Of a DNA stretch of 64,000 bases, positions 47,801-60,425 are shown piece by piece (positions within the stretch are counted from its first letter, which is position 1; every line of letters starts with the position of its first letter). The notes beneath the pieces were generated by a model. That model searched no databases. It was given only the letters and a program-made list of their open reading frames with translations, and was not told the DNA's origin. Position numbers and translations under genes: made by a program. The DNA is taken from the NCBI GenBank assembly GCA_051313645.2, contig JBNRSN020000148.1, positions 558,001 through 622,000 on the forward strand, written 5' to 3'. The DNA comes from Centroscyllium fabricii (Eukaryota).

Positions 47801-48522
47801 GTTGAGTTGCGTTGAGTTGAGTTGTGTTGAGTTTTGTTGTGTTGAGTTGAGTTGTGATGAGTTGAGTTGTGATTTGAGTTGTGATTTGAGTTGTGATTTG
47901 AGTTGTGATTTGAGTTGTGATTAGTTGTGTTGAGTTGATTTGTATTGAATTGTTTTAAGTTGTGTTGCAATGAGTTGAGGTGCGTTGAGTTGTGTTGCGT
48001 TGTCTTGTGATATGTTGTGTTTGTTGAGTTATTTTGTGTTGAATTGTGTTGTGTTGAGTTCTGTTGAGTTGTGTTGAGTTTTTACATTATGTTACGTTGA
48101 GAGAAGTTGTTTGCTGTTAACTTGCATTGTATGATATTGCGCTAAGCTCTCTAGACAAGAATAGGCCATATATATATATCACCCATCTCTTACTGAACTC
48201 ATCCTTGTGAACTCATACTTCCTTCACCTCATATCTCTTCCTTTGAGAGGCATAAAACATGGACCCCGGCCAATTAATGAACCTTTGTCAAAGATCCCTC
48301 TCCAACCTATCATTGGCACATCTTGGAGAGCCAAACAGCCTTGGCTATTGATCAGATCTTTTCTTCCATCTTACTTAATCTCATAGTTTTCCAGAAATGT
48401 ATCTAATTCCTTCTTAAAGGACTGGACAGAGTCTGTCTGCATTTCTGCCTTTGGAATGCGATCACCTTTTGCAAAAAATAAATCTGTTGCAAATTTACAG
48501 GTGGACTGAAATCCAAGGAACT

Positions 48523-48752
48523 GCACCCAGGCAGGAATGAGACCCATACCCAGGCAGGAATAGGGCCTGCACCCAGGCAGGAATGGGATTCGCACCCAGG
48601 CAGGAATGGGACCCAGACCCAGGCAGGAATGGGATTCGCACCCAGGCAGGAATGGGACCCAGACCCAGGCAGGAATGGGACCCAGACCCAGGCAGGAATG
48701 GGATTCGCACCCAGGCAGGAATGGGACCCAGACCCAGGCAGGAATGGGACCC
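48523..48752 (+). repeat. Minisatellite with a unit of about 23 bp
   Basis: ACCCAGGCAGGAATGGGA(CCCAG/TTCGC), about 10 copies. Confidence 0.88.
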
Positions 48753-49221
48753 TTAACCTGAAATGAATGGGAACAAGGTGACACAATGATATAAACCGCC
48801 ACTTTTATAAACAAAATGACGTGTCTGGTTCAGCGTCAGGATTTTGGCCCCTTTAAAGATTCTATCCTTTAAACAAACTGTCTCTTTAATGGTTCTACCC
48901 TGCAGAATGATTACACCCCTTATTTGCAGGTTGACCACTTTGACATGCAATAGTTTGTGGGACAGTATGGCACGGGTTTTGATGTCGAAACATATGACGA
49001 TTAGAAGGAGCTCGAGCTCTGTGCAGTCTTGGTGCTGAGCAGTGCGTGGCTTGTTGGACCATCCTGTGTCCTAATGTCCGAGGGGCCCTGTGGAGGGGAA
49101 ACCTCTTGCAGGCTGCATTGACTCTGAAAGATTTCTGCTTCCTCTCCTTATATTCAGAGTGAGTCATCATTGATAAGATTTCACTTGTAAATAACTGACC
49201 TCTCAACCTTTCTCTACGCAG

Positions 49222-49275
49222 GGTTTCCAAGGCAAGACAGGCCCCCCTGGTCCTCCTGGTGTGGTTGGTCCTCAG
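49222..49275 (+). CDS. COL5A1-like: Collagen helix exon H, 54 bp
   Basis: cag|GFQGKTGPPGPPGVVGPQ|gtgagt; directly continues exon G (RGET-GFQG) across a 31.5-kb intron. Confidence 0.95.
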
Positions 49276-49984
49276 GTGAGTACAGAATCGTTCAACATTC
49301 ATGTCAGAATCCCAAAATAAGTTTATAATCGGAAAATAAAAATTCAGACGCTGGCACTGAGGATTCAAGTTCAGGATTAAGTGTTCGGCCTCCAAAAGCT
49401 TCTGCAGTCAAAAAGTTTCTGTGGTGGGTTATGGTCCCATCCCTCCGTCACTGTCCCACTTCCTCTTGTTGAGTGACAGATGGAAGGAGCATCACTTTGT
49501 TGTCTGTACACAAACACGTGGACAGTCTCATGTCTGATGTTAATGTGTACATCACATGTCTGCTGGATGAATCTGTTTATTTAAACCAAAACTTCAGCCC
49601 TTGTTAAGTGGCGGCCGATGTTTTATTCAAACGTGTCCCCCATTGATTGTTAACAACAGCTGCCCAGCAGCACAGGAACAGCCATTCTCCCTCAACTTGC
49701 GTCTCCCTTTTGGATTATGCTGAAAATTTTGTCCAGATTATTTATTTTTGACTTCAGACAACAGGCAAAAAAAGGTGTTGGCCCCCTTGATCAAAACGAG
49801 CACAAAGAGTCGGCATTCCCATCCCTGTGATGATTCTGACAATTGGGATCAATCTCTGCAGTTTTCAACAAAAAAGCCACACTAGTATAAAAAGGACCTG
49901 GATTTTTACAGCCCACGCAGGACAGAAACATCTGATGGTGATTAACAAGAAGAGAAAGAAGAGCTCAGATTGGGAGACAGAAAA

Positions 49985-50130
49985 TTGGCATGAGGTGTCG
50001 AGGGGGCTCGGAAGGTTGGCATCGGGTGTGGGGGGGTGGCTCGGAAGGTTGGTATGAGGTGTGGGGGGACACGTAAGGTTGGCATGGGGTGTGGGGGGGC
50101 TCGGAAGGTTGGCATGGTGTGTGGAGGGGG
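49985..50130 (+). repeat. G-rich minisatellite with a unit of about 30 bp, just upstream of exon I
   Basis: GGGGGCTCGGAAGGTTGGCATGGGGTGTG-like, 4-5 copies. Confidence 0.8.
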
Positions 50131-50187
50131 GTGTGCTCAGAAGATTGCAATGTACCTCACAGTGTTTGTGGTTGATTTTTCCCCTGA

Positions 50188-50307
<120 letters not shown>

Positions 50308-50439
50308 TGAGGTCTGACCCAGCATTCTTTGTGACAGTTTGCGAGAGCAGATCTGTTGGTGTCCAATTGATCACTGGACTTCCGAGAGAAAATTGATAGA
50401 ATTATCCTAACATGCATTAAATCCCATTCAGCTCGCAAT

Positions 50440-50770
50440 GCGTCAATTTAAAAATTCTCATCCTTCTGTTCAGATCCCTCCATGGCCTCGCTCCTCCCTA
50501 TCTCTGTAACATCCTCCAACCCTCCAACCCTCCAAGATCTCTACACTCCTCCAATTCTGGTCTTGTTCGCATCCCTGATTTTAACCGCTCCACCATCGGT
50601 GGCTGTACCGACAACTGCCTAGGTCCTTTGCTCTAGAATTCCCTCCCTAAACCTCTCTACCTTTAAGACGCTCCTTAAAACACACCTCGCCTGTCCTAAT
50701 ATCTCCTTGTGGACCTCAGTGTCAAATTGATATCACTCCTGTCAAGTTCATTGGCATGTTTTACTATCCA
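50440..50770 (+). mobile_element. L2-like LINE 3' fragment
   Basis: FKILIL..SLHGLAPPYL remnant; CCACCATCGGTGGC..AATTCCCTCCCTAAACCTCTC..TTTAAGACGCTCCTTAAAAC. Confidence 0.7.
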
Positions 50771-50789
50771 GCTGAGAGGGAAGACATGG

Positions 50790-51490
50790 CTCCAGTTTAA
50801 CGTCTCATCCAAAATATGGTGCTTCTGACAGTGCGGCGCTCCCTCAGTACTGACCCTCCGACAGTGCGGCCAGCGCTCCCTCAGTACTGCCCCTCCGACA
50901 GTGCGGCCAGCGCTCCCTCAGTACTGACCCTCTGACAGTGCGGCACTCCCTCAGTACTGCCCCTCCGACAGTGCAGCGCTCCCTCAGTACTGTCCCTCTG
51001 ACAGTGCGGCACTTCCTCAGTACTGCCCCTCCGACAGTGCGGCGCTCCCTCAGTACTGCTCCTCCGACAGTGCAGCACTCCCTCAGTACTGCCCCTCCGA
51101 CAGTGCAGCGCTCCCTCAGTACTGCCCCTCTGACAGTGCGGCGCTCCCTCAGTACTGCCCCTCCGACAGTGCGAATCTCCCTCAGTACTGCCCCTCTGAC
51201 AGTGCAGCGCTCCCTCAGTACTGCCCCTCCGACAGTGCGGCACTCCCTTAGTACTGCCCCTCTGACAGTGCGGCACTCCCTCAGTACTGCCCCTCTGACA
51301 GTGCGGCACTCCCTCAGTACTGCCCCTCCGATAGTGCGGCACTCCCTCAGTACTGCCCCTCTGACAGTGCGGCACTCCCTCAGTACTGCACTGCAGTGTC
51401 AGCCTAGATTTTGTGCTCGAGTCTCTGGAATGGGGCTTAAACCCGTGAGCTTCTCACCCAGAGCTGAGAGTGCTGCACACTGAGCTGTGG
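50790..51490 (-). mobile_element. DeuSINE 5' part with an internal 33-bp tandem expansion (about 17 copies)
   Basis: GTTTAACGTCTCATCC flank, (CCCCTCCGACAGTGCGGCGCTCCCTCAGTACTG)n, then a tRNA-like head to about 51485. Confidence 0.85.
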
Positions 51491-51679
51491 CCGAGATCCA
51501 AAAAAAGCGAGGGAGGAAGAAGCGCTTTTTTTATCGTACAGGGGAAAAGATCATTTTTTCACACCTAATTGTTTGATTTGGGTCTTGCAGTTCAATACCT
51601 TGGTTCCAGTTGGAAGTTAGTTCTCTGTGGGATGGTTTGTTATCAGATTTACTCTTTTTTTGTTCTGTGTGTTGTGTAG

Positions 51680-51769
51680 GGTGATCCTGGTCCTGCCGGC
51701 CCTCCAGGGAAGGATGGTCCACCGGGCCTCAGAGGATTCACTGGTGAACGTGGACTCCCCGGACCCCTC
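51680..51769 (+). CDS. COL5A1-like: Collagen helix exon J, 90 bp
   Basis: tag|[30 protein letters not shown]|gtatgt. Confidence 0.95.
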
Positions 51770-51955
51770 GTATGTACAGCAACCTACTCTTCACACCTTG
51801 GGCCTCGAAGAATGTTCGCACCTCCATTCTGATCATCGCGCAGTACTGAGAGACTATCTAATGCTGGGATTCGGCAGTGAAATATCAATAAATGTTAAGG
51901 GTTGGGCAGCACAGACAGCCCAGAGTCAGCATAAGGCAATCAGTACCACATGCTC

Positions 51956-52232
51956 CAGATACAGAGTAAAGCTCCCTCTACACTGTCCCATCAAACACTC
52001 CCAGGACAGGTACAGCACGGGGTTAGTTACAGAGTAAAGCTCCCTCTACACTGTCCCATCAAACACTCCCAGGGCAGGTACAGCACGGGTTAGATACAGA
52101 GTAAAACTCCCTCTACACTGTCCCATCAAACACTCCCAGGGCAGGTACAGCATGGGTTAGATACAGAGTAAAGCTCCCTCTACACTGTCCCATCAAACAC
52201 TCCCAGGGCAGGTACAGCACGGGTTAGATACA
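51956..52232 (+). repeat. 67-bp satellite, about 4 copies
   Basis: Same unit and orientation as 16587-17545. Confidence 0.92.
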
Positions 52233-52545
52233 AATAGTTTTATATATAGAGGGATGTTACGACATGGAATGCTGAACCAGAAATAGGGGGAGAAGCAACA
52301 TCCAAAATAGTTTTTAAAAGGAAGTGGTGAATTATTTGAAAAAGATTTTTTAAATGTTTTTTTGAGAAAAAGCAGTGAAATGGGACTTCGGGGTGAGCTC
52401 TTCAGGAGAGAGGGCACAGGGATGGTGGGCTGAATGGGGAAAGGATGGGGAAATGGGCCTTAGTGAGAGCTCTTTGAGGGACCAGGGCGATCAGCCTCCT
52501 TCTGTTCTGCGAAATCCCACAAAGGGATTACTGGGAGTTGATCGT

Positions 52546-52821
52546 GGGGGTGAATTTCCTCCGAGCTGCCGTAGCTTCTCTGGAATCATGTCGGAAGTCC
52601 CGTTTCTGTGTGAAGAGCTTGGAGGAAATTATCGGTCGAAGACTCCTTAATGTAACTCAGTACGATTCGAAGTACTTCAAATATCGCAACAGTGTTAAGA
52701 GTCTGGGGGAGACGTGCTCTGGTCACTGTGTTAGTGTGAACCAAGTGGTGCCAATCCCCACGCTCAGTGCCTGTGGTGAAATTGTTAACACATCCCAAGT
52801 GAGCCAGAGCAGATTCTCGCC
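52546..52821. mobile_element. Possible short Harbinger-like MITE
   Basis: Imperfect TIRs GGGGGTGAATTTCCTC / GAGCAGATTCTCGCCC. Confidence 0.4.
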
Positions 52822-52883
52822 CTCCGCTCGGCTGCACATTTGGTGAATTCCGGCACTGATTCTTATTTCTTGTCTGTCAACAG

Positions 52884-52937
52884 GGTCAGATCGGTTTGAA
52901 AGGCAGTGAAGGACCTCCTGGTCCCCCGGGCCCCTTG
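52884..52937 (+). CDS. COL5A1-like: Collagen helix exon K, 54 bp
   Basis: cag|GQIGLKGSEGPPGPPGPL|gtaagt. Confidence 0.95.
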
Positions 52938-54201
52938 GTAAGTGAGAAACAACCTGGAGCAAAGTGCACGTGCACAAAACCTGTGGTCAGCAACTCTGAT
53001 TGGACCTATTCTTGGTGGTTTATCACATGACCTCCAACCGCCCCATTGGTCAAACATCGCCAATATCTTTCCAACTAATAAACGAGAGTGTTCAAAAAGA
53101 TTAGAAATACACACAAGTGTACGGATTGGAAAGCTCAACCAGAAGTAGTGGGAGAAGCAACATCCACAATAGCTTTTAAAAGGAATTGGAGAAATATTTG
53201 AAGATTTTTTAATGGTTTTTGGGCAAGCGCAATGGATTGGCACCAAGGGGAGAGCTCTTGAAGAGAGAGGGCACAGGGACGATAGGCCGAATGGGGAAAG
53301 GGTGGGAGAATGGGCTTAAGGGAGGTTAAACTTTCATTCTTGGAGACTCCAGGCTAATCCTGGAGAGTCGGTAACTCTACCAAGACATGGAGCTAATTCT
53401 GGAATCGTTACAAAATGAAATGCTTTGGACCAAGCAGTGAGGGATGTAGGTTCCCAATTGTCACTCATGGCCTGTAGCCTCACACCTGTAGAGTATCAGA
53501 AAGCAGTGTGCATGCAGCCCATAATTCTGAATCTTTTTGGCATGAATTCCCAATGACAAGCCCCACCCCAAGAGCTGCAATTGCAACCTTTAGCTGTATA
53601 TCGACCAGAAACCTTTTAACAAGGAAATTTAGCGATTGATGTGAAGAGACACATCGGGTCTCGTTTGGAAGTGTCGTGGAAGCTCACCACTGCCGTGGGT
53701 TCCCGTGCAGTGACAGAACATGGATCCACACACGAGGAGTTGGCCGCAGGCCTCAGCGGTTGTCCCGGGTAGGGGCCCTCAAACCTCCACTCCGGAAAGG
53801 AGAGCAATTCATTCCCCAGAGGGGAGTGTGTGGCCAGTCGCACAGCTCCAGCTGGCCCAGGACCTGCGCTGTCCCTTCACCCTGGGGCAGGACAGGACAC
53901 AAACAAAGGGGGAAGGTCAGAATATGAGACAATCTCACCGTGAAATAGAAGCATAAGATATAGGTTGCTGTAATTCAGGACTGGTTTTTGAATTGGACGG
54001 GTTGGCAGATGGATTTGTGGCCCAGGGTCTTGATACTTCAAGCCATGCTTCCCCTGCCCCCCACCGCAAGCTGAGACAGTCAGTCCAAAACATGGTTAAA
54101 ACCCCCTGTATGCCCCCACTTGTAGTTTAATATCTATAAAGTCCAGGATTATTGATGACATTTTTAGTTTTAACCTTTAACCTTGTGTTGTTTTTTCAAA
54201 G

Positions 54202-54309
54202 GGTTCGCCAGGAGATCGTGGACAAGCTGGTCCAGCGGGGCCTATTGGTCTCCCAGGGCGACCTGGGCCTCAAGGCCCTCCAGGCCCTGCTGGTGAAAAG
54301 GGAACCCCT
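54202..54309 (+). CDS. COL5A1-like: Collagen helix exon L, 108 bp
   Basis: aag|[36 protein letters not shown]|gtaagt. Confidence 0.95.
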
Positions 54310-54402
54310 GTAAGTACAGTTTCTCTGGACCCAAGCACTCAATGCTAACTCTGTACGTTGTCCATGTGCCCCGTACCTCGCTGTGGGTACACTGTCAGTC
54401 CA

Positions 54403-54821
54403 TGGATAGAGTTCCCGCTTTGGCCACAATCGGCAATTCTGGTGCAAATTGCCCCCAAAATTGTGCCCGTTTTGAAAGTTTTTTTTACCCCCCCCGAGTT
54501 TCCACTCAAACTAATTTGCATATGGCCGAACCCAAAGCCTGCCATGAACCAGCGCAAGCAGGCACCATTTTAAAATGGCATTTGTTATTTAGGAGCCTTC
54601 TTGAAGGCCTGCAAATGAGCGCAATTAGTGGAAACTCGCAACAGTGATTCATTTACCCGGGGGCGCGGCCAGTTTTGTGGGCAAGCCATGCTTCGAGCGT
54701 AATGTTTTTAAACTAGCGCAAAAGATCGTACAAATTCGATTTGCACTGAACGCAATTTGCACTTAAAATTCCGTAATCTTTTGGGCCAATTCCACCAATA
54801 TCGAGCGGAAACTCCAGGCCC
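54403..54821. mobile_element. Probable Harbinger-like MITE
   Basis: Imperfect TIRs GGATAGAGTTCCCGCT / AGCGGAAACTCCAGGCCC; CpG-rich interior. Confidence 0.5.
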
Positions 54822-55253
54822 ATGTACCTTGCTCTGTGTACATTGTCCATAAACCATGTTCCTTGCAGTCTGTACATTCTCCTCTCCATTCTTTCTGATG
54901 TGTTTCCTTGGTGTTCTCTGTACGGTCTCTGGAGTGTCTTCAGAGCCCTCACCACAGACCTGAGCCACTCACTGCCTGAATACCCGGCTGACAATCGAAA
55001 CCAGAGGCTACAGAAAGAATCTGCACTGCATAGCTTGTCACGCTGGTTGGAGGAAAGGTTTACTGCAGTCACTGTGCTAGGAGCACAAGTAGTAAATACT
55101 GACATCTAGGAGCAGATGACCATCACTACATCAACGTTTCAATACTTTGACTCCTTTAATCAACTATCAGACCCCCTGGAAATCAGACACAGAGTGAAGG
55201 AGTTTAACAATCCTAGATCTAACTGCAGTCTGACTCTCTGAAAGCAGCATTGA

Positions 55254-55442
<189 letters not shown>

Positions 55443-55479
55443 TGAGCGGACAGTAATGAGATGACCAAAAGTAGCGACG

Positions 55480-56130
55480 CAGGTTAACAAGGCCATAAAA
55501 AAGGCACTGGGGTTTATTTCTGGAGGGATACAATTGAAAAGCAGAGAGGTTATGTTAAACTTGTATCGGACTTGGTTAGACCACACTGGGAGCGTTGTGC
55601 ACAAGTCTGGTCTCCATCTGATATAAAGGATATCGAGGCACTGGAGAAGGTGCAACAAAGGTTTACAAGGATGATACCAGAATTGAGAGATTATAACTGT
55701 TAGGAAAGACTGAACAGGCTGGGGCTCTTTTCTCCAGAAGAGAGAAGGCCGAGGGGGGACCTGATAGAGGGCTTTAAAATTATGAAGGGGTTCGATAGGG
55801 TCGATGTAGAGAAGATGTTTCCACTTGTGGGGAGACCAGAACTAGAGGCCGTCAATATAAGACAGTCACTAATAAATCCAACAGGGAATTCAGGAGAAAC
55901 TTCTTTACCCAGAGAGTGGGGAGAATGTGGAACTCGCTCCCACAGGGAGTGGTTGAGGCGAAGAGCAGAGATACAGATAAGGTAAAGCTGGATAAACACA
56001 CGAGGGAGAAAGGAATAGAGGGTTATGCTGATGGAGTGAGATGAAGTAGGGTGGGAGGAGGCTGGTGTGGAGCAGAAACACCGGCCGGAGCAGTGGGGCC
56101 GAATGGCCTCCTCCTGTGCTGTAAGATTCG
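55480..56130 (+). mobile_element. Decayed CR1 LINE 3' fragment
   Basis: LYRTWLDH..ALEKVQQRFTRMIP..MKGFDRVDVEKMFPLVG; tail GGGCCGAATGGCCTCCTCCTGTGCTGTAA. Confidence 0.85.
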
Positions 56131-56151
56131 ATGAATTACACCACACAGAGA

Positions 56152-58832
56152 ATGAGGGACACTGGGAGCGAGGGACACTGGGAGTGAGGGACACTGGGAG
56201 TGAGGGACACTGGGAGTGAGAGATACCGGGAGTGAGGGACACCGGGAGTGAGGGACACCGGGAATGAGGGACACCGGGAGTGAGGGACACCGGGAGTGAG
56301 GGACACTGGGAGTGAGGGACACTGGGAGCGAGGGACACCGGGAGTGAGGGACACCGGGAGTGAGGGACACCGGGAGTGAGGGACACCGGGAGCGAGGGAC
56401 ACTAGGAGCGAGGGACACCGGGAGCGAGGGACACCGGGAGCGAGGGACACCGGGAGCGAGGGACACTGGGAGCGAGGGACACTGGGAGTGAGGGACACCG
56501 GGAGTGAGGGACACCGGGAGTGAGGGACACCGGGAGTGAGGGACACCGGGAGTGAGGGATACCGGGAGTGAGGGACACGGAGTGAGGGACACTGGGAGTG
56601 AGGGACACTGGGAGTGAGGGACACTGGGAGTGAGGGACACTGAGAGTGAGGGACACTGGGAGTGAGGGACACTGGGAGTGAGGGACACTGAGAGTGAGGG
56701 ACACTGAGAGTGAGGGACACTAGGAGCGAGGGACACTAGGAGCGAGGGACACTGGGACCGAGGGATACTGGGAGCGAGGGACACTGGGAGTGAGGGACAC
56801 TGGGAGTGAGAGACAGTGGGAGTGAGAGACAGTGGGAGCGAGGGACACGGAGCGAGGGACAGTGGGAGGGAGGGACAGTGGGAGGGAGGGACAGTGGGAG
56901 GGAGGGACAGTGGGAGTGAGAGACAGTGGGAGTGAGAGACAGTGGGAGTGAGAGACAGTGGGAGTGAGAGACAGTGGGAGTGAGAGACAGTGGGAGTGAG
57001 GGCACTGGAAGTGAGGGACAGTGGGAACGAGGGATATCGGGGGTGAGAGACACTGAGTGTGAGGGACACCGGGTGTGAGGGTCACCGGGAGTGAGGAACA
57101 CCAGGAGTGAAGGTCACCGGGAGTGAGGGACAGTGGGAGGGAGGGACAGTGGGAGGGAGGGACAGTGGGAGGGAGGGACAGGGGAAGGGAGGGACACCGG
57201 GAGGGAGGGACACCGGGAGTGAGGGACACCGGGAGTGAGGGACACCGGGAATGAGGGACACCGGGAGTGAGGGACACCGGGAGTGAGGGACACTGGGAGT
57301 GAGGGACACTGGGAGCGAGGGACACCGGGAGCGAGGGACACCGGGAGTGAGGGACACCGGGAGTGAGGGACACTGGGAGCGAGGGACACTGGGAGCGAGG
57401 GACACCGGGAGCGAGGGACACCGGGAGCGAGGGACACTGGGAGCGAGGGACACTGGGAGTGAGGGACACCGGGAGTGAGGGACACCGGGAGTGAGGGACA
57501 CCGGGAGTGAGGGACACCGGGAGTGAGGGATACCGGGAGTGAGGGACACGGAGTGAGGGACACTGGGAGTGAGGGACACTGGGAGTGAGGGACACTGGGA
57601 GTGAGGGACACTGAGAGTGAGGGACACTGGGAGTGAGGGACACTGGGAGTGAGGGACACTGAGAGTGAGGGACACTAGGAGCGAGGGACACTAGGAGCGA
57701 GGGACACTGGGACCGAGGGATACCGGGAGCGAGGGACACTGGGAGTGAGGGACACTGGGAGTGAGAGACAGTGGGAGTGAGAGACAGTGGGAGCGAGGGA
57801 CACGGAGCGAGGGACAGTGGGAGGGAGGGACAGTGGGAGGGAGGGACAGTGTGAGGGAGGGACAGTGGGAGTGAGAGACAGTGGGAGTGAGAGACAGTGG
57901 GAGTGAGAGACAGTGGGAGTGAGAGACAGTGGGAGTGAGGGCACTGGAAGTGAGGGACAGTGGGAACGAGGGATATCGGGGGTGAGAGACACCGAGTGTG
58001 AGGGACACCAGGTGTGAGGGTCACCGGGAGTGAGGAACACCGGGAGTGAGGGTCACCGGGAGTGAGGGACAGTGGGAGGGAGGGACAGTGGGAGGGAAGG
58101 ACAGTGGGAGGGAGGGACAGGGGAAGGGAGGGACACCGGGAGGGAGGGACACCGGGAGGGAGGGACAGTGGGAGGGAGGGACAGTGGGAGGGAGGGACAG
58201 GGGAAGGGAGGGACAGTGGGAGGGAGGGACACCGGGAGCGAGGGACAGTGGGAGGGAGGGACAGTGGGAGGGAGGGACAGGGGAAGGGAGGGACAGTGGG
58301 AGGGAGTGACACCGGGAGCGAGGGACAGTGGGAGGGAGGGACAGTGGGAGGGAGGGACAGTGGGAGGGAGGGACAGGGGAAGGGAGGGACAGTGGGAGGG
58401 AGGGACTGGGAGGGAGGGACAGTGGGAGGGAGGGGCAGTGGGAGGGACAGTGGGAGGGAGGGACAGTGGGAGTGAGGGACAGTGGGAGTGAGGGACAGTG
58501 GGAGTGAGGGACAGTGGGAGTGAGGGACTGGGAGTGAGGGACAGTGGGAGTGAGGGACAGTGGGAGTGAGGGACAGTGGGAGGGAGGGACACCAGGAGTG
58601 AGGGACTGGGAGTGAGGGACACCGGGAGGGAGGGACAGTGGGAGGGATGGACAGTGGGAGGCCGGGAGTGAGGGACACCGGGAGTGAGGGACACGGGGAG
58701 TGAGGGACAGTGGGAGGGAGGGACAGTGGGAGTGAGAGACAGTGGGAGGGAGGGACAGTGGGAGGGAGGGACAGTGGGAGGGATGGACACCGGAAGCGCG
58801 GGAGGCCGGGAGTGAGGGACACCGGGAGCGAG
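56152..58832 (+). repeat. 16-bp G-rich minisatellite, about 2.7 kb, with an internal duplication of about 0.95 kb
   Basis: Unit GGGAG(T/C/G)GAGGGACA(CT/CC/GT). Confidence 0.95.
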
Positions 58833-58906
58833 CAACATTGTCAGGTGTGAATGGTTTTCTTTTAAAGGCCGATGACCTTTGATCTTTCCTTGTTTTACCC
58901 AATTAG

Positions 58907-58960
58907 GGTGAAGCTGGTGATCATGGACAAAAGGGCAGCAAAGGTGACAAGGGTGAACAG
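58907..58960 (+). CDS. COL5A1-like: Collagen helix exon N, 54 bp
   Basis: tag|GEAGDHGQKGSKGDKGEQ|gtgaga. Confidence 0.95.
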
Positions 58961-59204
58961 GTGAGAATCGGCAGAATGCTTCGTACCTTCGATGGGGAAA
59001 TGCTGGGTTTGCTCAGATTGGTCTGGCCTTGCTTGGCCTGCTGCTTTTAGTGCTCCACTCGCCAGCACCTTCTCTTAATGACCACACAACAGGTAAGAAC
59101 AAGAGTCACCATTTGGGCTTGAGTGCTCTATCACTCGGTGGAAAAACTTTTTCAAAATAAAAATCAGGGAAGTGCGCCACTCTGTCGTGTCCGGCGATGT
59201 AAAA

Positions 59205-60425
59205 GACAGAGCATGCATTTCTATAGCGCCTTTCACCTCCTCAGGACATCCCCAAGCGCTTCACAGTCAATGGAGTATTTGGAAGTGTGGTCACTGTTGC
59301 AGTGTCGGCAATGCACACAGCAATCTGTGCACAGCAAGCTCCCACAAACAGCAATGAGATAATGATCAGATAATTGTTTTTTAGTAATGATGGTTGGAGG
59401 GATAAATATTGGCCAGGACACCAGGGAGAACTCCCCCGCTCTTCTTCAGAATAGTGCCATGGGATATTGTACGTCCACCTGAGAGTAGACGGGGCCTCTG
59501 TTTAATGTCTCATCTGAAAGATGGAACCTCCAACAGTGCAGCGCTCCCTCAGTACTGCCCCTCCGACAGTACGGCGCTCCCTCAGTACTGCCCCTCAGAC
59601 AGTGCAGCGCTCCCTCAGTACTGCTCCTCCGACAGTGCAGTGCCCCTCCGACAGTGCCGCATTCCCTCAGTACTGCCCCTCAGACAGTGCAGCGCTCCCT
59701 CAGTACTGCTCCTCCGACAGTGCAGTGCCCCTCCGACAGTGCCGCATTCCCTCAGTACTGCCCCTCAGACAGTGCGGCGCTCCCTCAGTACTGCCCCTCA
59801 GACAGTGCGACACTCCCTCAGTACTGCCCCTCCGACAGTGCGGCGCTCCCTCAGTACTGCCCCTCCAACAGTGCAGCGCTCCCTCAGAACTGCCCCTCAG
59901 ACAGTGCGGCACTCCCTCAGTACTGCCCCTCCGACAGTGCGGCGCTCTCTCAGTACTGCCCCTCCGACAGTGCAGTGCTCCCTCAGTACTGCCCCTCCGA
60001 CAGTGCCGCACTCCCTCAGTACTGCCCCTCCGACAGTGCGGTGCTCCCTCAGTACTGCCCCTCCGACAGTGCGGCGCTCCCTCAGTACTGCCCCTCCGAC
60101 AGTGCGGCACTCCCTCAGTACTGCCCCTCCGACAGTGCGGCCCTCCCTCAGTACTGCTCCTCAGACAGTGCAGTGCTCCCTCACTACTGCCCCTCCAACA
60201 AGGCAGTACTCCCTCAGTACTGCCCCTCCAACAGTGCGGCGCTCCCTCAGGGCATGCCTCCCGACAGTGCAGCGCTCCCTCAGTACTGTCCCTCCAACAG
60301 TGCAGCACTCCCTCACTACTGCGCTGGGATTGCCAGCCTAGATTATGTGCTGAAGGCTCTAGCGATGGGCTTGATCCCACAACCTTCTGACTTAGTGCTC
60401 AGAGAGAGAATGCCACTGAGCCACG
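59205..60425 (-). mobile_element. Near full-length DeuSINE with an internal 33-bp tandem expansion (59527-60325)
   Basis: Reverse complement of 15811-16125 at 59205-59520, then the array, then the head CAGCCTAGATT..CCACTGAGCCACGGC. Confidence 0.88.

Larger units (their letters stand above)
18846..48080 (+). repeat. (GTTGA/GTTGT)n pentamer-based satellite domain with embedded retroelements
   Basis: Satellite blocks at 18846-19069, about 22783-23530 and about 26080-48080; G/T-rich on the + strand throughout. Confidence 0.97.

Noticed and set aside
26453-47970. Many N/S/T/Q/H-rich minus-strand ORFs and C/V/E/L-rich plus-strand ORFs
   Set aside because: They are translations of the pentamer satellite, which has few stops on the CA-rich strand; no coding signal.
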